NCBI GenBank assembly: GCA_051362555.1
Contig: CM120649.1
Span: forward strand, 17,436,567-17,500,566
Reading direction: 5' to 3'
Source of the DNA: Lingula anatina
Taxonomy: Eukaryota; Animalia; Brachiopoda
DNA length: 64,000 nt
Part shown: piece by piece, positions 1 to 12,695 of the stretch
How the letters are laid out: every line of letters begins with the position of its first letter
Position numbering within the stretch: position 1 is the stretch's first letter
Position numbers and translations under genes: made by a program
The notes under the pieces: model-generated
The model's input: only the letters and a program-made list of their open reading frames with translations
Databases searched by the model: none
Told to the model about the DNA's origin: nothing

Positions 1-764
1 TTTCAAAGTCATATATTCTTAGGACATTCCTGCTGAATGGTAGCAACAAAACGAAAAGGATACTACTTTACAGTTACATACTATTCAGTAAAAGCAATTT
101 AGATATGTATTTTTAATAATTTAAAAAACTTGTCCTGAAATACTGAAAAGAAAGGAATGGTTGTTGACATAAGCATCGTTTTACTCTGTGGCTCCGATGA
201 GCTACACTGATAGCCTACTTTCTCCTCATTGAAAAAATAAGAGTCATTACCATATTATACGAGGCGATATACTAGTAAGCTTGAGGCATATTGAGCACAA
301 AATGAGCGTAAGACCTTTATAAAGCAAATAAAAGAAAAAAAAATCTCGGCGATTTCAAAACTTTTATTTTCCAATATCCCCAAGTATACCATGTCCGAAT
401 CCGTCCTCAGAAAAACGACCCATAAACACGTTTTCAGATCTAAGATTCTATTTTTACAGTTCCTTTCGTAAAAGGAAAGGAAATTTGTACAGTCAAAGGC
501 GGACAAAAATAATGAATCGTGGGAAATGAAGTGGTGCGAAAATTGAACCATTCCATGTACAGCCGTTGTAAGCTGCACACTTGTACACACTAGGCGTACA
601 TCCTTTATTCCTGCACACAAATATAAAAAAGCAATTTCACGTTGACTATAACTGACATACTATGTGTAGGCTTGTGTACTAAAATGCCCGTGGCGACACT
701 TACCGCCCTTGAATCGTATACAGACCTGTATACAGAGCTGTACAAGTCTGCAAATGAAAACAGT

Positions 765-1862
765 ATGGCAACTGCAGCGAGTGCAGTAAGGGGTTTAGTG
801 ATTTTTGGAGCAATTTCTGTAGCAGTATGGATGTGGTACACTAATACATTTGTAACTTTTTACGATTTCCACCCCACAGTGACGGAAGTTTGCGAGTCGG
901 GCGAGTCGCACCTGAAAAATGATAGGCCTACAGCGTTGTTCTTTGTTCGTGAAGGACACCATTTTGTTTCCCCAGACATGAGCGAAGCGTGGAAAAAAGA
1001 TACAAGATCTTGGATTAATTCTACAGGTCCTTTCATCATGACAGGGGTTTCTGGTGGTTTGGGTAACCGTATGTTTCAGTTTGCGTCAATGTATGGAATT
1101 GCAAAACGTAACAACATGACTCCAGTCGTGATTGAAAGCATACAGATACGGGAAGTGTTTCGAATTCCGGATTATATTCGCCACTCTTTACCGCCTGGTG
1201 TTAAAGTTGTGAAATTCCACGAGAAGAAATACGCTTTTTATGACAACAGGACGGAGACATTGTACAAGAAGGGCCAATCAGTGCAATTGTTTTATTACCT
1301 GTGTTCTTGGAAATATTTCCAAAATGTCGAAGATGATCTGAGGCAACATTTTCGTTTCCGAAAGGAGGCACATTTCCGCAAACAAATTGATGCTTTTTTT
1401 GACACAGCCTTACTAGAAATTGGGATGAACAACAAAGGGGAGAAAGTAACGTACATTGGAATTCATGCACGGTATGGAAAAGACATGCGCGTAGTATATG
1501 AACATTTGGGTTATACCGTGGCGCCATCTAGTTACTACACCAAAGCCATACGGTACTTTGAGAATATCTATAAAAACATCCTGTTTATTGTAGTGTCTGA
1601 TGATATGTCTTGGTGCAGAAAGAATATTCAGCACCCACGAATCCGATACAACCCATTCAAGGACCCCATACTGAGTTTAGCTCTCTTAGGAAGTTGTAAC
1701 CACACCATAATGTCAGTGGGTACCTTTTCTTGGTGGGGCGCGTGGTTGGCCGGGGGAGACGTGGTTTACTATAAAGACTGGCCCAAACCTGGCACCCATT
1801 TGTGGTGGCGCACCAACCATGAGGACTATTTTCCCCCAAAATGGATTGGAATGTCAGGATAG
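765..1862 (+). CDS. GT11 alpha-1,2-fucosyltransferase-like protein, copy 1 (short stem, ~365 aa)
   Basis: Intronless ORF. Type II TM (LVIFGAISVAVWMWY), GGLGNRMFQFAS, YIGIHARYGKD, FIVVSDDMSWC, CNHTIMSVGTFSWWGAWLAGG and EDYFPPKWIG resemble FUT1/FUT2-family motifs. The track ORF starts at TTG 642. ATG 765 chosen by homology with the other copies; in-frame ATG 684 is possible. Confidence 0.88.
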   Translation: MATAASAVRGLVIFGAISVAVWMWYTNTFVTFYDFHPTVTEVCESGESHLKNDRPTALFFVREGHHFVSPDMSEAWKKDTRSWINSTGPFIMTGVSGGLGNRMFQFASMYGIAKRNNMTPVVIESIQIREVFRIPDYIRHSLPPGVKVVKFHEKKYAFYDNRTETLYKKGQSVQLFYYLCSWKYFQNVEDDLRQHFRFRKEAHFRKQIDAFFDTALLEIGMNNKGEKVTYIGIHARYGKDMRVVYEHLGYTVAPSSYYTKAIRYFENIYKNILFIVVSDDMSWCRKNIQHPRIRYNPFKDPILSLALLGSCNHTIMSVGTFSWWGAWLAGGDVVYYKDWPKPGTHLWWRTNHEDYFPPKWIGMSG

Positions 1863-3291
1863 GATAGCATAAACACTGCGGTTCTGTGAGGTATTCTGTG
1901 TGAATTTTTTGGCGTAAAGACAACCCCGTGCATATAGCAGTATACACTACGTGTACAAATTTTGTTCCTGCATGCCAAAATGAAAAAGCGCCATTTGGTT
2001 ACGTAAGTGTCTGATCATATTCCACAACAGAAAATACATGTAGATGTAAAATTGAATCAGTGCTGGATTTTTGTTCTATACACGTTTTTAAAAAGTTGAC
2101 TACAGCTTCAAAATAATTCAGTTTTTTTGTGAGAGTTGTGATATTTCCTCTTGTGAAATGCACCGCTGAATCGTATTACATACCCACAAACAAAAGAGCT
2201 TATGCTACATTGTACCGGTGCAGCTTTATACGAGACTCAACCGAGCTTGCATTAACTGAGAATTTGACGGCAAAGAATAAGATTTTGACCTTAAGTGGCA
2301 AAGTTTTTATTTTCCTGGAGATTTACACTTCATCATCAAGGTCCTCCGCATCTAACCCCGTCCACAACATTAGATCCAAGAACAGGTTTTCAGTTCTAAA
2401 ATGCTAGTTTTTGAGTCATTCTCGTATGGGAGATGGAAAACGGTGAAAAAGTCGCTGTTAAAAATACGGATAACAGTATAAAAAACCTTGCATGTATTTT
2501 TGTGGGTTGGATGCCACAAATAGGAATAAACGAGAATGAGAGCAAAGCGGTTGCCAGCATGGAAGCTAGTTTTTTTTTTTTAATCTGTGCACATTATAGC
2601 TAGACGTACAAAGTTTATTCTTGCACACCAAAATAAAAAAGGCAATATCAGAAAGATGATTTAAGTCATAGCATGGTGCATATTTTATTATGTCTGTGCT
2701 TTTTTAATGACCGCAGGTTCTGTGAAGCATAAAACAGCTGCATGCCACTTAGTACACGTACAGGTACATAGGAACCTGAACCGAGCTTGGATAAGTTGAG
2801 AATTTTCACAGCAAACAATGAGCTTAAAATCTTAAATGGCACAGTTTTAATTCTCTCGTAGATTTACTCTTCATCATAACGTCCAACCCGTTCACAGATC
2901 TAGAATTACGATCCACAAACACGTTTTTAGTTCTAAGTTTCTTTTAATTTGAGTCATCCTCGTATTGGACTGATAATAATATATTTGTGGGTTGGATGTC
3001 ACAATTAGGACAAAATGAGAATGAAATGAAAGCGGTTTCCAGCATGAAGACTATCGTTTTTTAATCTTACGGGCGCCTGCAGGTACAAGTCTGTTTATAC
3101 TTAATAACCTACAATCTTCATTTCTGCACACAAAAATAAAATGGAAACAATTTCACATTGACTGTGTATGGTATGATATGAACTGACTGAGCACATTTAC
3201 GCTTACAATCCCAGAATGCCTGCAGCGACCCTGAAACATGCAGCAATAGGTTTAGTTATAACCGCTTACGTATATATATGAAAAATTAATA

Positions 3292-3769
3292 ATGGCGTCT
3301 GAGCTAATCAAGGAGTTCCAAAAATTGTCAACAATTATAGCAATTGATGTAACAGTACTGGTGTGGCACATTGATACATTGATAACTGTTGACGAAGTTC
3401 ATCCCCCAGAGATGGAACCCAGCAAATCACTCCTGAAAAATAAAACAGCGTTGCTTACTGCAAGAGGAGAAAACCCTGCATTCAATCAGATACTAGTGCC
3501 AGGACAAAGGAGTTATGACACGACACAAGGTAAAAACTGCACACAAAACACCGAACACATCTCGTAAAGGATACTAGGTATACCTCCCCCCCCCCGGAAA
3601 ACCTTATTGACATCGCCAACCCCCGAACAACCCCCTTGACACCCCCCCCGAAAACCCCCTCCCAAACACACACATTCCACTGGCCCAAACCTGACACCCA
3701 CTTGTGGGGTGACACACCAACCATGAGGATTTTTTCTCCCCCAAGGTGGATTGGAATATCCGAATATGA
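3292..3769 (+). pseudogene. Internally deleted FUT paralog (mini copy A); 91-aa TM/stem ORF 3292..3567 plus 3' remnant
   Basis: VLVWHIDTL..HPPEMEPSKSLLKNKTALLTARGE..DTTQ matches the FUT N-terminus. After a C-rich tract comes actggcccaaacctgacacccacttgtgg...catgaggat...tggattggaat, which is the FUT 3' end. Confidence 0.8.
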
Positions 3770-4349
3770 TATAGCATTAACATGGCGGATCTACTAAGTG
3801 TTCTATTCCGTTACATGTTTTTTCGCTAACTAAAAATACCACCGCAGCCGAATACCTGTGCACAGTATGGTCCTACAAGGTTTGTTCATGCACACCAAGA
3901 TAATAAGATAGCAATTCCATAATAAAGATAATATTACTCAATATATGATTATTAAATAATGGTGTCTGTCCTTATTTATTTAAATGAATGCAGGATCTGT
4001 GCAGCTGTATACCAACGTACATCCATGACTTAACCGAACTGAGAATTTCATTGGAAAAAAATAAGATTTAGGCCTTTATATGGCAAAGTTTTAATTTGCC
4101 TGGAGATTCCAGCTCTTTATTCAGCAACATCAAGGCCCACCCTATCCAAGCCTGTTCACAGAATTATGATCTTAAAAAACGTTTTTCAGTTCTAGTTTTT
4201 GAATCAGCCTCGAAATGGATGAAGAGTCATTTTTGATATAAAATGTGTCTAACTGACAATATTTGGTTACAATCCCGAAATGCGTCTCGCGAATCATATT
4301 GACTTACCCGCATCAGCTTTGGTTAAATTTCATTTTGAAAGCAAAAAGA

Positions 4350-5621
4350 ATGGCGACAGCAGCAAAAATAGTTCGGTTTTTAGTGTTTTTCGGAGCAATT
4401 GGTTTGACAGTATTGGTGTGGTACTCTGATACATTTATCCGTGTTGGCAATTTCCATCCCCCAGATATGAAAACTCGCGAATCACTTATGAAAACTGAAA
4501 CGGCGCTGGTTACTGCCAGAGAAGAAAAGCCTACGCCACGACATTGGGGTTCTGACACGACGCAAAGTCACCTACAAGGCAACATCTCCATGTCAAACAA
4601 ATTTCCCATCACATCTCCAAGGTCCTTGGACAGAAGGGATTTAGCCAGTGAAATCAAACTAAATACACTAAAGACGAAAACTGAATCCGTGAAAACTGAA
4701 AATATGCATGAAGCGCACCGTTCTGTTTCACCAGACATGGAAGCAGCGCTGGAAAAAAGATCAAAATCTTGGATTAATTCTACGGGACTTTTCATCATGA
4801 CAGGGGTTTTTGGTCGCACGGGTAACCGTATGTTTGAATATGCGTCAATGTATGGAATTGCAAAACGAAATAACATGACACCGGTTCTGCTTGCAAACGC
4901 GGAGGTACGGAGAGTGTTTCAAATCCCGGATTACATTCCCCACTCTTTACCGCCTGGTGTTAAACTTGTGAAATTCCATGAGAAGAAATACGCATTTTAT
5001 GATAACAGGACGGAGACATTGTGCAAGAAAGGCCAATCGGTACAGTTATTGTATTATTTGCAGTCCTGGAAATATTTCCACAATGTCGAAGATGATCTGA
5101 GGCAACATTTTCGTTTCCGAAAGGAGGCAGAGTTCCGCAGAGAAATCAAAGCTTTTTTTGACAATGCATTACTAGAACTTGGGATGAACAACAAAAGGGA
5201 GGAAGTAACGTATATTGGAATCCATGCCCGGAATTGGAAAGACTTGCGCACGAACACACTTGAACGTGGTTATAACGTGGCGCCATCTAGTTACTACACC
5301 AAAGCCATGCGGTACTTTGAGAATATCTATAAAAACATCCTGTTTATTGTACTGTCTGATGATATGTCTTGGTGCAAAGAGAATATTCAGCACCCACGAA
5401 TCCGATACAACCCATTCAACGACCCCATTCTGAGTTTAGCTCTCTTAGGAAGTTGTAACCACACCATAATATCAGTGGGTACCTTTTCTTGGTGGGGCGC
5501 GTGGTTGGCCGGGGGAGACGTGGTTTATTATAAAGACTGGCCCAAACCTGGCACCCACTTGTGGTGGCGCACCAACCATGAGGACTATTTTCCCCCAAAA
5601 TGGATTGGAATGTCCGGATAG
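4350..5621 (+). CDS. GT11 alpha-1,2-fucosyltransferase-like protein, copy 2 (~423 aa)
   Basis: Intact ORF, MATAAKIVRFLVFFGAIGLTVLVWY TM, long Ser/Thr-rich stem, same GT11 motifs (GRTGNRMF, GIHARNWKD, GTFSWWGAWL). Confidence 0.9.
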   Translation: MATAAKIVRFLVFFGAIGLTVLVWYSDTFIRVGNFHPPDMKTRESLMKTETALVTAREEKPTPRHWGSDTTQSHLQGNISMSNKFPITSPRSLDRRDLASEIKLNTLKTKTESVKTENMHEAHRSVSPDMEAALEKRSKSWINSTGLFIMTGVFGRTGNRMFEYASMYGIAKRNNMTPVLLANAEVRRVFQIPDYIPHSLPPGVKLVKFHEKKYAFYDNRTETLCKKGQSVQLLYYLQSWKYFHNVEDDLRQHFRFRKEAEFRREIKAFFDNALLELGMNNKREEVTYIGIHARNWKDLRTNTLERGYNVAPSSYYTKAMRYFENIYKNILFIVLSDDMSWCKENIQHPRIRYNPFNDPILSLALLGSCNHTIISVGTFSWWGAWLAGGDVVYYKDWPKPGTHLWWRTNHEDYFPPKWIGMSG

Positions 5622-6451
5622 GATAGCATAAACAGTATGGTTCTGTGAGGTATTCTGTGTGAATATTTTGGCGTAAAGACAACCCCGTGCATATACCAGT
5701 ATACACCACGTTTACACCTTTGTTCTTGAGTATCAAAATGAAAAAGTGCCATTTGGTTACGTAAGTTAACGATTATATGCCACAATAGAAATTACATGTA
5801 GACGTAAAATTGAGACTGTCATAGATTTTTTGTATACTCCTGCTTTAAAAAATGATTTCAGCTTTGAATTTATTCAATTTTATTTTTTGAGACTTCTGAT
5901 ATTTTAACTTGTGAAATGCACATCTGTATTGGGTTTGAATGTGCAGACTCCCTGAACAGAATCGTATATGACAGACTCACAAACGAAAAGGCTGCATGCT
6001 ATCTGAGAATTTTCACAGCAAACAATGAGATTTAGATGTTAAATTGCAAACTTTTAATTTTCGGGAGATTTACTCTTCATCATAAAGGTCCCCCACGCCC
6101 AACCCCGTCCACAGAAGTACGATCCACAAATACGTTCTTTGCTTTTAATTTGAGTCATTCTCTGGAAATGAGAGCAAAGTGGTTTCAAGCATGGAAGCTA
6201 TCGTTTTGTAATCTTACGGTCGCCTGCAGGTCCAAGTCTGTATGTACTTTTTAACCTACAATCTTCATTTCTGCACACAAAAATAAAATGAAAACAATGT
6301 CACATTGACAGTGTATCACGTGATATGTGCCTGACTGAGCATATTTGCGCTTACAATCCCAGAATGCCTGCAGCGACCCTCAAACACGGTACAATAGGTT
6401 TATAACCGCTTACGTATATATATATATATATATATGAAAAATTAAATCAGG

Positions 6452-6837
6452 ATGGCGTCTGAGCTAATCACGGAGTTCTAAGAATTATCGGAACTCCTTG
6501 AAATAATATAGTTCGGCCTTGGTTATTTTTATACCTTGTAACTGTACTGGTGTTGCACACTGATATATTGATAACTGTTGACGAAGTTCATCCCCCAGAG
6601 ATGGAACCCTGCAAATCACTCCTGCTAGAGATGTAAAGCCTGCATTCAAGCAGATTCCAGTGCCAGGAGAAAGGAGTTGTGACAAGACACAAAATAACAA
6701 CCTAGGTAAAAACTACACACAAAAGGCAGAACTCATCTTGTAGAGGATATTAGGAGCAACCCCCTCCTCGACAACCCAAACCCCCGGACAACCCCCTTGA
6801 CACCGCCCCCCCTGACAACCCCAACCCGAACAACCCC

Positions 6838-6872
<35 letters not shown>

Positions 6873-6996
6873 ACACACACACACATACGCATACACACAC
6901 ATACACATACACACACACATACACAGATACACACAAATACACACACACACACACACACACATAAACATATACACACACACACATACACAAACACAA

Positions 6997-7035
<39 letters not shown>

Positions 7036-7206
7036 TACGCATACACACACATACACATACACACACACATAAACAGATACACACAAATACACACACACAC
7101 ACACACACACACATACACCCACACAAACATACACACATACACACACACACAGACACAGACACACACACACATACACACACACACACACACATACACAAAC
7201 ACAAAT

Positions 7207-7238
<32 letters not shown>

Positions 7239-7296
7239 ATACATATCCACACAGACACACACATACACACACACACATACACACACACACACACAA

Positions 7297-7331
<35 letters not shown>

Positions 7332-7423
7332 CCCCCTTGCCGAAAACTGACACCCACTTGTGGTGGCGTACCAACCATGAGGATTGTTTTCCCCCCAAGG
7401 TGGACTGCATTGTCCGGATATGA
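6452..7423 (+). pseudogene. Internally deleted FUT paralog (mini copy B) with expanded CA microsatellite
   Basis: atggcgtctgagctaatc start with TAA at codon 10, then N-terminal homology, a C-rich tract, the CA array and the 3' remnant cccacttgtggtggcgtaccaaccatgaggat...tgtccggatatga. Confidence 0.8.
6841..7329. repeat. Interrupted (CA)n microsatellite, ~490 bp
   Basis: Directly visible; it generates the spurious CV-repeat ORFs. Confidence 0.97.
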
Positions 7424-7757
7424 CAGCATAAACATGGCGGATATTCAAAGTGTTCTATTCCGTTACATTTTTTTCGCTAGTTTTAAATAATAGAACCGCA
7501 GCCATATACCTGTTCACAGTATGGCTAGGCCTACAAAGTTTGTCCCTGCACACCAAGATAAAAAATAGCAATTCCATAATAAAGATAATATTATTCAATC
7601 ATATGATTACTATATCAAATGATGTCTGTGCTTATTATTTAATAGAATGCAGGTTCTGTGCTTACCATATACGGTTACAACTGGAAATGCGTCTCGCGCG
7701 TTATATTAATAGACCCGCATAAGCTTTGGTTAAATTTCACTTAGAAAGACAAAGAGA

Positions 7758-9022
7758 ATGACGACAGCAGCAAAAATAGTTCGGTTTTTGGTGTTTTTCG
7801 GAGCAATTAATTTAACAATATTGGTATGGTACAGTGATACATTTAAACGTGTTGGCAATTTCCATCCCCCAGAGATGGAAATTCGCAAATCACTCCTGAA
7901 AACTGAAACGGCGCTGCTAACTGCCAGAGAAGAAAAGCCTACGCCAAGCCATTTGGGTTCTGACACGACGCAAAGTCACCTCCGAGGCAACATCTCCACG
8001 TCAAACAAAATTACGGCCACAACTCCTGGGTCCTTGGACAGAGAACATTCGGCCCGTGAAATAAAACCAAATACACTGAAGACGAAAACTGAATCTGAAC
8101 AAAATATGCGTGAAGCGCACCGTTTTGTTTCCCCAGACATGGAAGCAGCGCTGGAAAAAAGATCGAAATCTTGGATTAATTCTACGGGACTTTTCATCAT
8201 GACAGGGGTTTTTGGTCGCACGGGTAACCGTATGTTTGAATATGCGTCAATGTATGGAATTGCAAAACGAAATAACATGACACCAGTCCTGCTTGCAAAC
8301 GCAGAGGTACGGAGAGTGTTTCGAATTCCGGATTATATTCCCCACTCTTTACCACCTGGTGTTAAACTTGTGAAATTCCGCGAGAAAAAATACGCATTTT
8401 ATGATAACAGGACGGAGACAATGTACAAGAAGGCCAATCGGTACAGTTATTGTATTATTTGCGGTCCTGGAAATATTTCCACAATGTCGAAGATGATCTC
8501 AAGCAACATTTTCGTTTCCGAAAGGAGGCAGAGTTCCGCAGAGAAATCAATGCTTTTTTTGACATTGCATTACTAGAACTTGGGATGAACATCAAAAGGG
8601 ATAAAGTAACGTATATTGGGATCCATGCCAAGAATTGGAAAGACTTGCGCACGAACGCACATGAACGTGGTTATAACGTGGCGCCATCTAGTTACTACAC
8701 CAAAGCCATGCAGTACTTTGAGAATATCTATAAAAACATCCTGTTTATTGTACTGTCTGATGATATGTCTTGGTGCAAAAAGAATGTTCAGCACCCACGA
8801 ATCCGATACAACCCATTCAACGACCCCATACTGAGTTTAGCTCTCTTAGGAAGTTGTAATCACACCATAATGTCGGTGGGTACCTTTTCTTGGTGGGGCG
8901 CGTGGTTGGCCGGGGGAGACGTGGTTTACTACAAAGACTGGCCCAAACCTGGCACCCATTTGTGGTGGCGCACCAACCATAAGGATTATTTTCCCCCAAA
9001 CTGGGTTGGAATGTCCGGATAG
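7758..9022 (+). pseudogene. GT11 fucosyltransferase-like copy 3, frameshifted
   Basis: 1-bp deletion near 8430 (tacaagaaggccaatcgg vs aagaagggccaa/aagaaaggccaa in copies 1/2) splits it into ORFs 7758..8576 and 8450..9022. Could be an assembly indel. Confidence 0.75.
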
Positions 9023-9949
9023 GATAGCATAAACACTGCGGTTCTTTGAGGTAGGCCCTATTCTGTGTGGATTTTCATGGCGTAAAGACAACCCCGTGCA
9101 TATACCAGTATACGCTAAGTGTCCAAATTTTGTTCTTGAGTACCAAAATGAAAAAGTGTCATTTGGTTACGTAAGTTTATGATCATATGTCACAATAGAA
9201 ATTTCATGTAGATGTAAAATTGAGACAGTCCTGGATTTTTTTTCTATACTCCTGCTTTAAAAAATTGATTTCAGTTTTGAATTCATTTAATTTTATTTTT
9301 TTTAGACTTGTGATATTGCAGCTTGTGAAATGCACCTCTGTATTGGGTTTGAATGTGTAGAGTCCCTGAATAGAATCGTATGACAGACTCACAAACGAAA
9401 AAGTTGCATGCTATCTGAGAATTTTCCTAGCAAACAAAGAGATTTAGATGTTAAATTGCAAACTTTTAATTTCCGGGAGATTTACTCTTCATCATAAAGG
9501 TCCCCCCCCCCCCCCCACGTCCAACCCCGTCCAGAGAAGTACGATCCACAAATACGTTCTTTGATTTAAGTTCCTTTCAACTGAGTCATTGCCGTATTGG
9601 AGATTGAGATTTGTATAGCGAAAAAACTCGCTGTTAAAAATACTGAAAATAATATAGCACACCTTGCATGTATATTGTTGGTTGGATGTCACAATAAGTA
9701 AAAAATGAAAATGAGAACAAAGTGGTTTTAAGCATAGAGGCAATCGTTTTTTAATCTTACGGGCGCCTGCAGGTACAAGTCTGTATAAGTACTTTATAAC
9801 TTACAACCTTCATTTCTGCACACAAAAATAAAATGGAAACAATTTCACGATGACTGCGTATCACGTGATATGTGCTTGACTGAGCATATTTGCACTTACA
9901 ATCCCAGAATGCCTGCAGCGACCCTCAAACACGGATTATAACCGCTTAC

Positions 9950-9950
<1 letters not shown>

Positions 9951-10007
<57 letters not shown>
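9951..10007. repeat. (TA)n microsatellite
   Basis: Directly visible. Confidence 0.95.
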
Positions 10008-10010
<3 letters not shown>

Positions 10011-10031
10011 TAATTAAATCATTAAATCAGA

Positions 10032-10563
10032 ATGGCGACTGAGCTAATCCAGGGGTTCTAAGAATTGTCGGAACTCCTTGAGATAATACAGTTCGCCTTG
10101 ATAATTTTTATAGCAATCGATGTTACAGTACTGGTGTGGCACACTGATACATTGATAACTGTTGAAGACGTTCATCCCCCAGAGATGAAACCCTGCAAAT
10201 CACTCCTGAAAAATAAAACTGCTCTGCTTACTGCAAAAGGAGAAACCCAGCATTCGATCAAATACTAGTGCCAGGACAAAGGAGTTATGACACGACACAA
10301 AATAACCTCCTAGGTAAAAACTGCAAACAAAGCAAAAGACCGAACACATATTCTAGAGGATATTAGGACTACCCCCCCCCCCCCCCTCTCCCCGGACCCC
10401 ACCTCCTAACACCGGACAACCCCTTTTCACACACACAAATACACAATCACCTTGCCGAAAACTGACACCCTCTTGTTGGGTGGCGCACCAACTGTGAGGA
10501 TAATCACCCCCCCTCCCCCCCCCCCCCCCCCCCCCCCCAAGGTGGATTGAAATGTCCGGATAG
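10032..10563 (+). pseudogene. Internally deleted FUT paralog (mini copy C)
   Basis: Same layout as minis A and B. TAA at codon 10 shared with B, poly-C tracts, ends ggtggattgaaatgtccggatag. Confidence 0.8.
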
Positions 10564-11065
10564 GATAGTATAAACATGGCGGATCTTCAAAGTATTCTAT
10601 TCCGTTACATATTTTCGCTAGCTAATAATACCACCGCAGCCGTATACCTGTGCACAGTATGGCTAGGCGTTCAAAGTTTGCTCCTGCACACCAGATACAG
10701 CAATTTCTCAATAAAGATAATATTTCTCGAAATATGATTATTATATCTTATGATGTCTGTCCTTATTTATTTAGATGAAAGCAGGTTCTGTGAAGCTGCA
10801 TACCACACGTACATACGGGACTCCACCGAGCTTGGATTAGCTCATTTCACTGGAATCAATGAGATTTAGGCATTTATATGGCAAAGTTTTAATTTGCCTG
10901 GAGATTTCAGCTTTTTACTCATCATTATCATTATCCAGGCCAACCCTATACTACCCCGTTTACAGAATTACGATCCACAAACACTTATTTAGTTCTAGTT
11001 TTAGATCAGCCTCGTAATGGAGGTAGCGATTTGTACAGTAAAGGAAATGCCCATGTAAAAAAAAA

Positions 11066-11089
11066 ATATATATATATATAAATAAATAA

Positions 11090-11171
<82 letters not shown>
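11066..11171. repeat. (TA)n/(TAAA)n microsatellite
   Basis: Directly visible. Confidence 0.95.
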
Positions 11172-11174
<3 letters not shown>

Positions 11175-11432
11175 ATAACTTTACAAAGTGTTTTTGTGGT
11201 CTCAAGTCACAGTACGGGAAAACAGAAAAGTGATTAAATACAAACATTCCATGTAAAGCTGTTTCAAGTAGGGAAGCTAGGGTTTTTAATCTCAAGGGCG
11301 TCCGCAGGCACAAGCCTGTTCGTTAAATTGAATAATTGATAATAGTTGGTTACAATCCTCACATGCGTCTCGCGAATCATATTAACTAACCCGCATAAGC
11401 TTTGGTTAAATTTCTCTTTGATGGCAAAAAGA

Positions 11433-12695
11433 ATGGCGACAGCAGCCAATATAGTTCGGTTTTTAGTGTTTTTCGGAGCAATTGGTTTGACAGTATTGGT
11501 GTGGTACTCTGATACATTTATCCGTGTTAACAATTTCCACCCCCCAGATATGAAAACTCGCGAATCACTTATGAAAACTGAAACGGCGCTGGTTACTGCT
11601 AGAGAAGAAAAGCCTACGCCACGACATTGGGGTTCTGACACGACGGAAAGTCACCTCCGAGGCAAAAGCTCCACGCCAAACCAAATTCCGACCACATCTC
11701 CTGGATCCGTTCACAAAGAAGATTTAGCCCGTGAAATCAAACCAAATACACTGAAGACGAAAACTGAATCCGAACAAAATATGCGTGAAGCGCACCGTTT
11801 TGTTTCCCCAGACATGGAAACAGCTCTGGAAAAAAGATCAAAATCTTGGATTAATTCCACGGGGCTTTTTATCATGACAGGGGTTTTTGGTCGCACGGGT
11901 AACCGTATGTTTCAGTTTGCTTCAATGTATGGAATTGCAAAACGTAACAACATGACTCCGGTCCTGCTTGAAAACGCAGAGGTACGAGGAGTATTTCAAA
12001 TTCCGGATTATATTCCCCGCTCTTTACCGCCTGGTGTTAAACTTGTGAAATTCCACGAGAAGAAATACGCATTTTATGATAACAGGACGGAGACATTGTA
12101 CAAGAACGGACAATCGGTACAGTTATTGTATTATATGCAGTCCTGGAAATATTTCCACAATGTCGAAGATGATCTGAGGCAACATTTTCGTTTCCGAAAG
12201 GAGGTGGAGTTTCGCAAACAAATTGATGCGTTTTTAGGCACCTCTTTACTAGAACTTGGGATAAACAGTACAAAACAGAGAGTAACGTATATTGGAATTA
12301 ATGCCCGGTATGGGAAAGACATGCTTAGGGCATATAAACGTGGTTATACCGTGGCGCCATCTAGTTACTACACCAAAGCCATGCGGTACTTTGAGAATAA
12401 CTACAAAAACATCCTGTTTATTGTAGTGTCTGATGATATGTCTTGGTGCAGAAAGAATATTCAACACCCACGAATCCGATACAACCCATTCAAGGACCCC
12501 ATGCTGGGTTTAGCTCTCTTAGGAAGTTGTAACCACACCATAATGTCGGTGGGTACCTTTTCTTGGTGGGGCGCGTGGTTGGCCGGGGGAGACGTGGTTT
12601 ACTATAAAGACTGGCCCAAATCTGGCACCCTCTTGTGGTGGCGCACCAACCATGAGGACTATTTTCCCCCCAAATGGATTGGAATGTCCGGATAG
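11433..12695 (+). CDS. GT11 alpha-1,2-fucosyltransferase-like protein, copy 4 (~420 aa, mosaic)
   Basis: Intact ORF (in-frame ATG also at 11421) with GT11 motifs; GINARYGKD variant. Confidence 0.9.
   Translation: MATAANIVRFLVFFGAIGLTVLVWYSDTFIRVNNFHPPDMKTRESLMKTETALVTAREEKPTPRHWGSDTTESHLRGKSSTPNQIPTTSPGSVHKEDLAREIKPNTLKTKTESEQNMREAHRFVSPDMETALEKRSKSWINSTGLFIMTGVFGRTGNRMFQFASMYGIAKRNNMTPVLLENAEVRGVFQIPDYIPRSLPPGVKLVKFHEKKYAFYDNRTETLYKNGQSVQLLYYMQSWKYFHNVEDDLRQHFRFRKEVEFRKQIDAFLGTSLLELGINSTKQRVTYIGINARYGKDMLRAYKRGYTVAPSSYYTKAMRYFENNYKNILFIVVSDDMSWCRKNIQHPRIRYNPFKDPMLGLALLGSCNHTIMSVGTFSWWGAWLAGGDVVYYKDWPKSGTLLWWRTNHEDYFPPKWIGMSG

Noticed and set aside
642-764. TTG-initiated N-terminal extension in the ORF track
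   Set aside because: The context is eukaryotic; the ATG at the conserved MATAA start is more plausible.
6733-7448. Three ~200-aa Cys/Val-rich ORFs on the minus strand
   Set aside because: They are translations of the (TG)n microsatellite.
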